A stretch of DNA of 37,113 nucleotides, from sequence record SRR22947725_1442; one strand, written 5' to 3'. Position 1 is the stretch's first letter. Each line of letters begins with the position of its first letter. The notes under the pieces are model-generated. The model saw nothing but the letters and a program-made list of their open reading frames with translations. It had not been told where the DNA came from and did no database searches. Made by a program: the position numbers and the translations under genes. This document shows positions 17,939 through 25,820 of this stretch, in pieces.

Positions 17939-19144
17939 CTAGCCGCGCTCAAAAAACCCATTATGAGCCTTGTTAATGCCGTAAGTTATAGTGCTCGCTC
18001 CGAACCTTTTGTTAATAGTATCTAGTGTTCTTGATAGACGCTCGCGTTCATTTTTTTTTGCCATCTCCATTGGTAAAAGCATTTCACCTGAGCGTTTATT
18101 CAGAGGTAATATATTCCCAAGGTGTACTGAAATCGATGAAATAAGGTAGGGATGTTTTTGGGAATACATCATGCGCCAAAGTCTGCGGTTTATATCTAAA
18201 AAATGTGCAGTGTCCTGGCTATAGTGTGTTTTTACACTGTGACCCCAGCGATTTCTTGGATTTTGAATTCTTAGGAATAGAGAAAACTGAGATGCCGTAT
18301 AGTTATCTCGTCTTAATCTTGCTACTGATTTTTCAATTAACCATCTAGAAACAAGATAAGCATTTTTTAATGTTCTATTTTCGGGGGCTAACATTTTACT
18401 ATTACCATAACCACCACGCTTTGTTGTTTCTAACGGAATATCTTCTCCTTGAAGTAAGCGTATAAAGCGCTCACCTATTATGGAGCCCCAAATTTTACGT
18501 GCATGCCTAGGGTCTAGATTATACATTTGCTCACAATTATGAATACCTGCAGAATTTAACTTAAATAATACGCCTCTTCCAATTCCTGGTAAGTCGCCAA
18601 GTGGGATATTTGATAATCTTTGAGGCATATTATCTGGAGATAGCCATTGCATTCCATCTGGTTTTTCAAGTTTACCTGCTATTTTTGCTAAAAGATGGTT
18701 AGAGCCTATTCCAGCAGAAAATTTTAAATTTTCTCCTATTTCATATTTTAATGCATCTTTCATGGTTTTTACTAACTTAGATGCAACGTTTAAATTTGAT
18801 GTTGTACCGCCAAGTGCAATTTGAAATTCATCTACACTACGTACGTACTCTAATTCAGCGTATTGATCAAAAATTCTAGCAATGCGTTGATTGTAATGAA
18901 CATATAAGCGATGCCTTGAGGGCCGTAAGATAATTTTTGGACATAAGATTTTCGCTTCTTTAATACTCATTGTGGTTTTCACACCAAAATATTTTGCTTC
19001 GTAGCTTGCTGCAACGAGGCAGCCTACATCACCTTCCATCGCGGTAATACCTACCGGTTTTCCGCGTAAATACGGCTCTTCGTGTTGCTCAACGCTAGCA
19101 AAAAAGCTGTTCATATCTATGTAAATTGTACGAAATGGGTGCAT
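17939..19144 (-). CDS. Y-family translesion DNA polymerase (DinB/UmuC-like)
   Basis: Catalytic motifs YIDMNSFFASVEQ, AASYEAK, SVDE; LLAKIA; HhH LPGIG; UmuC-like C-tail LDTINKRFG. Confidence 0.92.
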   Translation of the reverse strand: MHPFRTIYIDMNSFFASVEQHEEPYLRGKPVGITAMEGDVGCLVAASYEAKYFGVKTTMSIKEAKILCPKIILRPSRHRLYVHYNQRIARIFDQYAELEYVRSVDEFQIALGGTTSNLNVASKLVKTMKDALKYEIGENLKFSAGIGSNHLLAKIAGKLEKPDGMQWLSPDNMPQRLSNIPLGDLPGIGRGVLFKLNSAGIHNCEQMYNLDPRHARKIWGSIIGERFIRLLQGEDIPLETTKRGGYGNSKMLAPENRTLKNAYLVSRWLIEKSVARLRRDNYTASQFSLFLRIQNPRNRWGHSVKTHYSQDTAHFLDINRRLWRMMYSQKHPYLISSISVHLGNILPLNKRSGEMLLPMEMAKKNERERLSRTLDTINKRFGASTITYGINKAHNGFFERG

Positions 19145-19168
19145 TTTATATTGCGAATCTACCTAAAT

Positions 19169-19183
19169 GTTCACTATATGTTC
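19169..19183. promoter_or_regulatory. Alphaproteobacterial LexA (SOS) box GTTC-N7-GTTC
   Basis: GTTC-ACTATAT-GTTC, an exact match to the alphaproteobacterial LexA direct repeat, 24 nt upstream of a Y-family polymerase. Confidence 0.88.
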
Positions 19184-19187
19184 TATC

Positions 19188-19490
19188 ATGGAATTTAAAA
19201 AGAAAATATCAAATGTTGCATTTGGCGGTAATTGGTCAGAAGAATTAATCACAGAATATGAAATTTTGGAGTCGCTGGCGTCCTTACAGTGGGCAGTTGA
19301 TAATTGCCGTAAACGAGAGGTGAATACTCCTGAAGTGAATGCTGCTTTAATTCATTTAACAAAAGATCTTGAAAAAGGGAAAATACTCTCTGATAGGTTT
19401 ACGAGAGGACATTCAATAATTGACCAAAATTCACGGGAAATACATTTTCGTGAATGTTTTCGTTTAATAAAAGTTTGGCTTAAGGCTTGA
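19188..19490 (+). CDS. Hypothetical 100-aa protein, divergent from the Y-family polymerase, probably SOS-inducible
   Basis: Only ORF filling the gap between polymerase and ureohydrolase. ATG 19188 preferred over 19167, which would put the LexA box and -10 inside the CDS. No family recognised. Confidence 0.68.
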   Translation: MEFKKKISNVAFGGNWSEELITEYEILESLASLQWAVDNCRKREVNTPEVNAALIHLTKDLEKGKILSDRFTRGHSIIDQNSREIHFRECFRLIKVWLKA

Positions 19491-20460
19491 AGCTATTTTC
19501 TGCAATCATTGAAATCATTTCAAACATAATAGAGGCTGCGGTTAAAGCTGTAATATTATTTGGACTATCTTTGGTTGGCATCATACAGACCACGTCACCT
19601 CCAACAATATTCAAGCCACGGGCAGCACGTAATAAAGCTATCGCTTCATCGATATCAAAACCTTTCTCTCCGGGCTCAATATTAGATACGCCAGGTGCAA
19701 TAGTTGGATCAAGACAGTCGAGATCAAAAGTAATATAAACGGGCCGGTCTCCTAATACTTTTATTATTTGAGAAATTACATCAGTTAGCCCACGCCGTCT
19801 AAAGTCTTTCATAGTAACAATGTTATACCCATAATCATAAGCTGGCTGTAGCCAATCTAATGTTCTTGGGTGACCACGTAATCCAATTTGCATTGAGCGA
19901 GATGGATCAATTTTTCCTTGATCTGCAAGGTATGCACCCCAATGAGCAGCTGATTTTTTTGCCCCAAGGAAATGATCAACTTTTGTAAAAACATCTGTAT
20001 GCGCGTCAAGGTGAAGAAAGCTTATTGGTTGGCCGTTTGAGAGTTGCCCGCATCCTAAAGCTTGAATAATTCCACCTGTAATAGAATGGTCGCCACCAAT
20101 CGAAACTGGCCTAACCCCTGCTTCATCTATTTCAGTAAAAAAATTAGTAATTCTTTCTATGCAGTCTTCATTGTCATTGGCACGGGGAAAGGGGACATCC
20201 CCAAGGTCTGTTATTTTGGCGAGTGTCCATGGATCTATTTTAAAGTCTGCATGTGCTCTTCTATGTACTGCGGATACATTGCGAAGGGCGCGAGGACCAA
20301 GATGTTGATCTCTTTCAGTGGTGCCATTTCCTGTTGAATGAGGGACCCCTACTAAGGCTATGTCTTGATTGTTTAATACTTCATTTTTGCACCTAAACAT
20401 TGTTGGAATTCCCCACCAATATAGGTTTTCCATCATTGAACGATCGTGTTCATCAGCCAT
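19480..20460 (-). CDS. Ureohydrolase (agmatinase/arginase family), atypical
   Basis: Metal-ligand motifs GGDHS, DAHTD, DLDCLDP..APG, and QIGLRG. The canonical DxVEvxP motif reads DVVCMMP. Confidence 0.88.
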   Translation of the reverse strand: MADEHDRSMMENLYWWGIPTMFRCKNEVLNNQDIALVGVPHSTGNGTTERDQHLGPRALRNVSAVHRRAHADFKIDPWTLAKITDLGDVPFPRANDNEDCIERITNFFTEIDEAGVRPVSIGGDHSITGGIIQALGCGQLSNGQPISFLHLDAHTDVFTKVDHFLGAKKSAAHWGAYLADQGKIDPSRSMQIGLRGHPRTLDWLQPAYDYGYNIVTMKDFRRRGLTDVISQIIKVLGDRPVYITFDLDCLDPTIAPGVSNIEPGEKGFDIDEAIALLRAARGLNIVGGDVVCMMPTKDSPNNITALTAASIMFEMISMIAENSFKP

Positions 20461-20672
20461 TAGATTTTTCCCAAAAAGAATGAAATTTATATTATTTATG
20501 TTGTTTGCAATATTTAGCTTTATGAATAATCCTAAGTTTTTTTATTAGTTTTAGTCAACGCTGTTTATTTTTAAACAAAGTATAGGTAATCTTAATTTAG
20601 TTAATAATTAATCAATATTTTTAATATTAGCTTTTAATTTTTGCACTAATTCCTAATTGAATAGGAAATTAA

Positions 20673-21437
20673 ATGAATACTCCTATTTTTGCAGACTTAA
20701 CGAGTACAGCTATTATTGTAAGCGCAGTGTTTCTTGTGGGTTTATCTAAAGGTGGTTTTGGTGGAGTTTTTGGTATTTTGGGTGTGCCAATTTTAACATT
20801 GATTATGCCTCCACTTGAAGCAGTAGCGTTTTTGTTACCTATTTATTTGGTTATGGATATTATTAGTTTGTGGACTTGGCGTGGGCAGTGGCACAAAGGG
20901 TTGGTTTGGAATATATTACCAATGGCTATCTTGGGAATCTGTGTGGGTTGGATTACTGCATCTATAGTATCTGATAAGATCGTTAGTTTCTTAGTCGGTT
21001 CTATAGCACTTGTATTTGTATTCCAGCGTGTAGTCCTAAAGCAGGATAAAAGTTTTAAAACTTCAGTTGTAGTAAAGAGTTGGTCAGGTCATTTTTGGGG
21101 TTTAATTGCAGGTTTTACTAGTTTTATAGCACATGCTGGAGGCCCACCTTTTCAAATATATGCAATGCCTCTACGTCTAGATCCTAAAGTATTTACCAGT
21201 TCTAGTGTATTAATATTTTCAGTTCTTAACTTCGTTAAAATTGGCCCTTATGTAGCATTAGGCCGACTTAATCTTAGTATAACATGGTCTGCGCTAACAA
21301 TGATACCTATAGCGATATGTGCAACTTTATTGGGTGCATTAATAGTGAAAAAAATGAATACAGAAATATTTTATCCAATTATGTATGGATTTTTAACTTT
21401 GATTTCATTGAGGTTAATTGTGGCATCTCTACTGTAA
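20673..21437 (+). CDS. TauE/SafE-family membrane protein
   Basis: GLSKGGFGG..GVP, GFTSFIAHAGGPP, NFVKIGPY; about 8 TM helices. Confidence 0.88.
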   Translation: MNTPIFADLTSTAIIVSAVFLVGLSKGGFGGVFGILGVPILTLIMPPLEAVAFLLPIYLVMDIISLWTWRGQWHKGLVWNILPMAILGICVGWITASIVSDKIVSFLVGSIALVFVFQRVVLKQDKSFKTSVVVKSWSGHFWGLIAGFTSFIAHAGGPPFQIYAMPLRLDPKVFTSSSVLIFSVLNFVKIGPYVALGRLNLSITWSALTMIPIAICATLLGALIVKKMNTEIFYPIMYGFLTLISLRLIVASLL

Positions 21438-21462
21438 AAAAATTATTCTGTTTCAATTAAAA

Positions 21463-22437
21463 TCAGGTATTAATTTCTTCATTTATATAGATTTGTATAA
21501 TATCTTTGAAATCCTTGTCAGCAACAAATCCTAATTCAATTGCTCTATTTGCCATAAAATTTTGTGGCCAATTATTGACTATATCTTCTATTTTTTTATC
21601 AGGGATTTTTTTTATTAATTTGCTAGTTTTTGTTCCAGCAATCTCTTCTAAGGCAAGGATCTGATCTGAAATTGAACACGAAACACCTGGTAAATTTAAA
21701 GAGCGCCTGTTCCCAAGCTTTTTAAAGTCTAATTTTGCAGCGTGTCTTAAAAACCTAATTGCACTTAGTGGACTAGCAAACCAATGACAAAGATTTTCGG
21801 GTACAGGTAAAATAGCTTCAATTCCATTTAAAGGCTCTCGGATAATGCTAGAATAAAAAGAACTAGCAGCTTTATTTGGCTTGCCAGGACGTACTACAAT
21901 GGTTGGCAGACGAAGTGCGACTCCATCTAAAAATCCTTTACGACTGTATTCGTTAATAAGGATTTCACCAACTAGTTTTTGTGCGCCATAAGATGATTCT
22001 GGGTTTGGAGAGAAGTCATCATTTATTGCGCTGGGGTATGGCCCACTAAAAACAGCAAGAGATGAAGCGTAAATGAATTTTGGTTTGTAGGAGCCATTCG
22101 ATGTAAGGAATTTTTTACGAATTCCTTCAAGTAAATGCCAAGTACCTTTAGCATTTATATCCCACCCTTTTTCAAAGTTTTCTTCAGCGTCCCCAGATAC
22201 AATTGCTGCAAGATGGTAAATAATGTCAGGTTTTTGATTAATGAGCTCTGAAATTATATTAGGGTCAGAAATATCACCTGTTTTTATTTTATACGAGTTT
22301 TTGTGATTTTCAATTTTTGGTGGAATGACATCAAATAAGGTAATATCATTAATTTCTCCATTAAAATCGTCTTTAATTATAGATCTAGCAAGTCGCATGC
22401 CTATCATGCCAGCCGCACCAATAATTAATATTTTCAT
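21463..22437 (-). CDS. denD: Extended SDR, D-erythronate dehydrogenase (DenD)-like
   Basis: GAAGMIG, HLAAIVSG, SSLAVF, SYGAQK, RLPTIVVRPGKPNKAASSF.S.IIREPL. GAGG SD. Confidence 0.75.
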   Translation of the reverse strand: MKILIIGAAGMIGMRLARSIIKDDFNGEINDITLFDVIPPKIENHKNSYKIKTGDISDPNIISELINQKPDIIYHLAAIVSGDAEENFEKGWDINAKGTWHLLEGIRKKFLTSNGSYKPKFIYASSLAVFSGPYPSAINDDFSPNPESSYGAQKLVGEILINEYSRKGFLDGVALRLPTIVVRPGKPNKAASSFYSSIIREPLNGIEAILPVPENLCHWFASPLSAIRFLRHAAKLDFKKLGNRRSLNLPGVSCSISDQILALEEIAGTKTSKLIKKIPDKKIEDIVNNWPQNFMANRAIELGFVADKDFKDIIQIYINEEINT

Positions 22438-22560
22438 AATGTCCTCACATTTTGCAATGGCTGCTAATGGAAAATAAAATTACCTAAACATATATATCAT
22501 TTTATATAAAGTTATGTTGATATTATAGCTTCATATTTTGATTATATTTTACAATCTAAT

Positions 22561-23508
22561 TTACGCGCTCATTCTCGCAGCAATTAATCCAATAAGTTTT
22601 TTATGGTCTACGTCAAAATTACGAATTCCTTCTGCTAACTTTTCGGTTGCCATAGGATCAGCATTCATTTCCCATCTAAAGGTTGCTTCATCCATTGAAA
22701 TTGGAAGAATGCCACTTGTATTATTTGGTGATAAAGCTCGTTCTAGTATCGATGTATCATTTCCCATTTCGTCCAAAAGACTTGGTGCAATAGTAAGATT
22801 ATCACATCCTGCAAGTGCTTTTATCTGATCACTACTTCTAAAAGATGCACCCATTACAACAGTTTTTATATTATTCGATTTATAGTAATCATAAATTTTA
22901 TGAACTGATTTAACGCCTGGATCTTCATGTGGTAAATATGAATCACGACCTTCTGCTTTTTTGTACCAGTCAGTAATTCTCCCTACAAATGGAGAAATCA
23001 AAAATGCTTTTGCATCAGCACATGCAACTGCCTGAGCCATTGAAAATAATAATGTTAAGTTACAATCAATACCATCATTTTGTAAAATTTCAGCAGCACG
23101 TATACCTTCCCAAGTAGAGGCAAGTTTTATAAGTATTTGGTTTCTTTTTATGCCGCGCTTTTCATATTCTGCAATAATGTCTCTACCTCTAGTAACAGAC
23201 TTTTCAGTATCAAAAGAAAGACAAGCATCTACTTCTGTTGATACGCGTCCTGGAACAAGTGCTGCTAATTCAGCGCCCATTGCGACTGTTAATGTTTCGG
23301 TTACTTGTTCTGGTGTCTGGCCAGTTTTTTTACCTGTATCTATTTCAGTGGCAACTAATTCTTCTGTTGCTGGATCTGTTAATGCCTTTAGAACTAGTGA
23401 TGGATTTGTTGTACAATCAACCGGTTTGTATTCCTTAACGGCAGCAGCCTCTCCAGTATCTGCCACAACAACAGTCATCTCTCTAAGTTGCTCTAAAACA
23501 GTTTTCAT
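22561..23508 (-). CDS. tal: Transaldolase (long, TalA/TalB type)
   Basis: VVADTG, TTNPSL, GRVSTEVDA, LIKLASTWEG (Schiff-base Lys), NLTLLFS, ISPFVGRI, MGASFR. Confidence 0.95.
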   Translation of the reverse strand: MKTVLEQLREMTVVVADTGEAAAVKEYKPVDCTTNPSLVLKALTDPATEELVATEIDTGKKTGQTPEQVTETLTVAMGAELAALVPGRVSTEVDACLSFDTEKSVTRGRDIIAEYEKRGIKRNQILIKLASTWEGIRAAEILQNDGIDCNLTLLFSMAQAVACADAKAFLISPFVGRITDWYKKAEGRDSYLPHEDPGVKSVHKIYDYYKSNNIKTVVMGASFRSSDQIKALAGCDNLTIAPSLLDEMGNDTSILERALSPNNTSGILPISMDEATFRWEMNADPMATEKLAEGIRNFDVDHKKLIGLIAARMSA

Positions 23509-23611
23509 GTTTAATTTCCTTACATTCTCTTTTGGATATTTTGTGATTGTTTGATTATAATTTGAATTACTTATACAACTACTAGCCCAGACAAACAGTC
23601 CTAAAATAATT

Positions 23612-23655
23612 TTTGATAATAAATAAAAATTATTTAATTTAGATTTATTATCAAA
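23612..23655. repeat. 44-bp AT-rich near-perfect palindrome in the tal/allE divergent intergenic region
   Basis: TTTGATAATAAAT (23612-23624) pairs with ATTTATTATCAAA (23643-23655); concentric inner arms AAATTA/TAATTT; two mismatched pairs and a 2-nt centre. Confidence 0.7.
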
Positions 23656-23743
23656 TTTTCCCTAATATTCTATTCTTCAATGTACTACTTGGCTTAAGTA
23701 ATAAAATACTTGATATTAGCCGAAACTAAAATGGATTCACTAA

Positions 23744-24577
23744 ATGGTTAAAAGTAAGTATTTTTCTGAAATGGGTGGACACCCGGATCAAACTAATTTG
23801 TTAACTGATCGGGCCGTTTTTACTGATGCATATGCAGTTATTCCTAGGGGCTCAATGCGGGATATAGTTACTAGTTTCTTACCGTTTTGGGATGAAACTA
23901 GATTATGGGTTATATCGCGCCCACTGAGCGGCTTTTCTGAAACTTTCTCACAATATATAATGGAAGTGCAGCCTGGTGGGGGAAGTAATCAACCTGAGAC
24001 AGACACCGATGCGGAAGGTGTTTTATTTGTAGTTGATGGGTCAATAGCTATTTCTTTTAATGGAGAAAAATATGACTTAACAGAAGGTGGTTATGCATAT
24101 CTCCCAGCAGGTTTAATTTGGAAATTAAGAAATGAAACAGATAAAGCTGCTAAATTTCATTGGATAAGAAAGTCCTATCAATATGTTGATGGCTTAGATA
24201 AGCCAGAACCAGTAGTTACAAATGCAAGTGATATTGAACCAACACCTATGCCAGATACAGATGGTAAGTGGACAACCACACGCTTTGTAGACCCTGCTGA
24301 TATTCGCCATGATATGCATGTAACCATAGTAACATTACAGCCTGGGGCTGTAATTCCGTTTTGTGAGACGCATGTAATGGAACATGGGCTTTATGTTCTT
24401 AATGGCAAGGCAGTTTATCGGTTGAACCAAGATTGGGTAGAGGTAGAAGCAGGTGATTATATGCTGTTACGTGCTTTTTGCCCTCAAGCTTGTTATGCTG
24501 GTGGCCCGGATGCATTCCAATATCTTTTGTATAAAGATGTTAATAGGCATATGAATTTAAAATTATTGAAAAATTAA
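23744..24577 (+). CDS. allE: (S)-ureidoglycine aminohydrolase-family bicupin (AllE/YlbA-like; alphaproteobacterial type that may also act on allantoate)
   Basis: DIVTSFLPFW, ETFSQYI.EV.PGGGS, ETHVMEHGLYVL.GK, CPQACYAGG, YLLYKDVNRH. Confidence 0.88.
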   Translation: MVKSKYFSEMGGHPDQTNLLTDRAVFTDAYAVIPRGSMRDIVTSFLPFWDETRLWVISRPLSGFSETFSQYIMEVQPGGGSNQPETDTDAEGVLFVVDGSIAISFNGEKYDLTEGGYAYLPAGLIWKLRNETDKAAKFHWIRKSYQYVDGLDKPEPVVTNASDIEPTPMPDTDGKWTTTRFVDPADIRHDMHVTIVTLQPGAVIPFCETHVMEHGLYVLNGKAVYRLNQDWVEVEAGDYMLLRAFCPQACYAGGPDAFQYLLYKDVNRHMNLKLLKN

Positions 24578-24649
24578 GGTAATGGAACAAATAAAATAAT
24601 GAATCCAGGAGTTATTATCCCCTAATTATTGGTTCATTTTTTAAAAACT

Positions 24650-25474
24650 TCAAAAATTAGAATTAACATCTGCACCTAGTGCTTTCGAAACTTCTCTTGC
24701 AGTGTTTACTACAGATCTACTAAATTCAGCAATCTGATCGCTGGCAACACGGCTGGTTGGCCCTGATACGGATATTCCTGCTATAACTTCTCCAAATGCA
24801 TTTTTTATTGGCGCAGCTATACAACGCATGCCAATATTGCGCTCTTGATCATCAATTGCATAGCCGCGTTCTAAAGTAATTGCCATATCGCCTTGTATTA
24901 ATTCTAAAGTTGATTTGGTATATTGTGTGAAAGGTTCTAAGCCTGATTTAATAAATTTTTCTAATTTGGGAAGAGTATATTGAGTTAATAATACTTTTCC
25001 TATTCCTGATGCATGTAGTGGTGAAAGTGTTCCAGGTGGGAAAAAAGCACGGATAGGTGCATGTGTTTCGACCTGACTTAAAAATAAAACATTACCGTTA
25101 TTTTCTATCCCTAGGTTGGCTGTTTCTCCAGTTTCTTCCATTAAGTTTCGTAAGAACGGACGGCTGGTTTCTACTAGGCTTGTTCTTCGCAGAAATGATG
25201 ACCCAATCTGAAAAGAACCTGGTCCAATATTCCAAGTTTGTAGTCTATCATCACATTCTACAATTTTATGTAGAGCCATTGTTGAAAGTATTCTGTAAAC
25301 AGTTGATGGTGACTCTCTCAACTCTTTTGACAAATCTGTTAGGGTTTTATTCTGATTTTTTGAAAGAGTTGTAAGTACTGTGAGTGCACGATCTAAAGAT
25401 TTTACAGTGTTCTGTTCTATTTTGTCATTAAATGCTCTTGGTCGACCAAGGCTTCTGATATTCTTTGATCTCAT
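24650..25474 (-). CDS. bhcR: IclR-family regulator, BhcR-like (glyoxylate-responsive)
   Basis: GRPRAF..QNTVKSLDRAL, TGETANLG, SQVETHAPIRAFFPPG, HASGIGK, GMRCIAAP, SVSGP. Start moved to ATG 25474 with GGAG SD. Confidence 0.75.
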   Translation of the reverse strand: MRSKNIRSLGRPRAFNDKIEQNTVKSLDRALTVLTTLSKNQNKTLTDLSKELRESPSTVYRILSTMALHKIVECDDRLQTWNIGPGSFQIGSSFLRRTSLVETSRPFLRNLMEETGETANLGIENNGNVLFLSQVETHAPIRAFFPPGTLSPLHASGIGKVLLTQYTLPKLEKFIKSGLEPFTQYTKSTLELIQGDMAITLERGYAIDDQERNIGMRCIAAPIKNAFGEVIAGISVSGPTSRVASDQIAEFSRSVVNTAREVSKALGADVNSNF

Positions 25475-25490
25475 AGTGCTCTCCACAATA

Positions 25491-25516
25491 ATGAAATAGT
25501 ATTTCATATTATGAAA
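25491..25516. promoter_or_regulatory. Overlapping palindromes upstream of the IclR gene; candidate IclR/BhcR operator
   Basis: ATGAAATA-G-TATTTCAT (25491-25507) and TTTCATA-T-TATGAAA (25502-25516), both perfect around one central base. Confidence 0.55.
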
Positions 25517-25820
25517 AAATTAAGCTACTGACAATAAATGATTTTTTAAATATTTATAAAATTATAAAAAATTTTCGAAAAAATTGTCTTTAGAATAGGG
25601 ATGGTTTAAATTAATCAGTAAATTAAATCTAAGATGCAAAAATTTTCACCTTTTTAATAATTAATTTTAAATATAAGCTAGAATATCAGCTAAAGTGGTA
25701 CAAAAATTTTTTTAAAATAATAAGCTGAAAAACTAATTATTTTTTAAGATTAAACATTTTAATAAACCTAGGACTATAAATAAATTTTAAAGTATTTACA
25801 CCCTATTAAAGGAAACAACA

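Noticed and set aside
17939-19144. Assignment as ImuB or as part of an imuABC or umuDC cassette
   Set aside because: Catalytic acidic residues are intact (ImuB lacks them), and no imuA, dnaE2 or umuD gene is adjacent.
19167-19187. Longer start for the hypothetical protein (MFTICSI...)
   Set aside because: It would place the LexA box and the predicted -10 inside the CDS; ATG 19188 fits better.
20461-20672. Guanidine riboswitch upstream of the ureohydrolase; short dyads TGTTTA-N4-TAAACA (20562-20577) and TTCCTA-N6-TAGGAA (20650-20667)
   Set aside because: The region is very AT-rich with no ykkC or mini-ykkC-like GC stems; 6-bp arms are expected by chance here.
23412-23430. TACAATCAACCGGTTTGTA resembling the LacI operator core
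   Set aside because: Only AACCGGTT matches; it lies inside the tal coding sequence and lacks the TGC/GCA arms.
20673-23508. TauE + dehydrogenase + transaldolase as a sulfoglycolysis (sulfo-TAL) cluster
   Set aside because: No sulfoquinovosidase, SQ isomerase or sulfolactaldehyde dehydrogenase nearby; TauE is on the opposite strand and the transaldolase looks like an ordinary TalB.
23612-23655. Fur box interpretation of the long palindrome
   Set aside because: GATAAT and ATTATC are far apart rather than in the 19-bp Fur arrangement, and the flanking genes are not iron-related.
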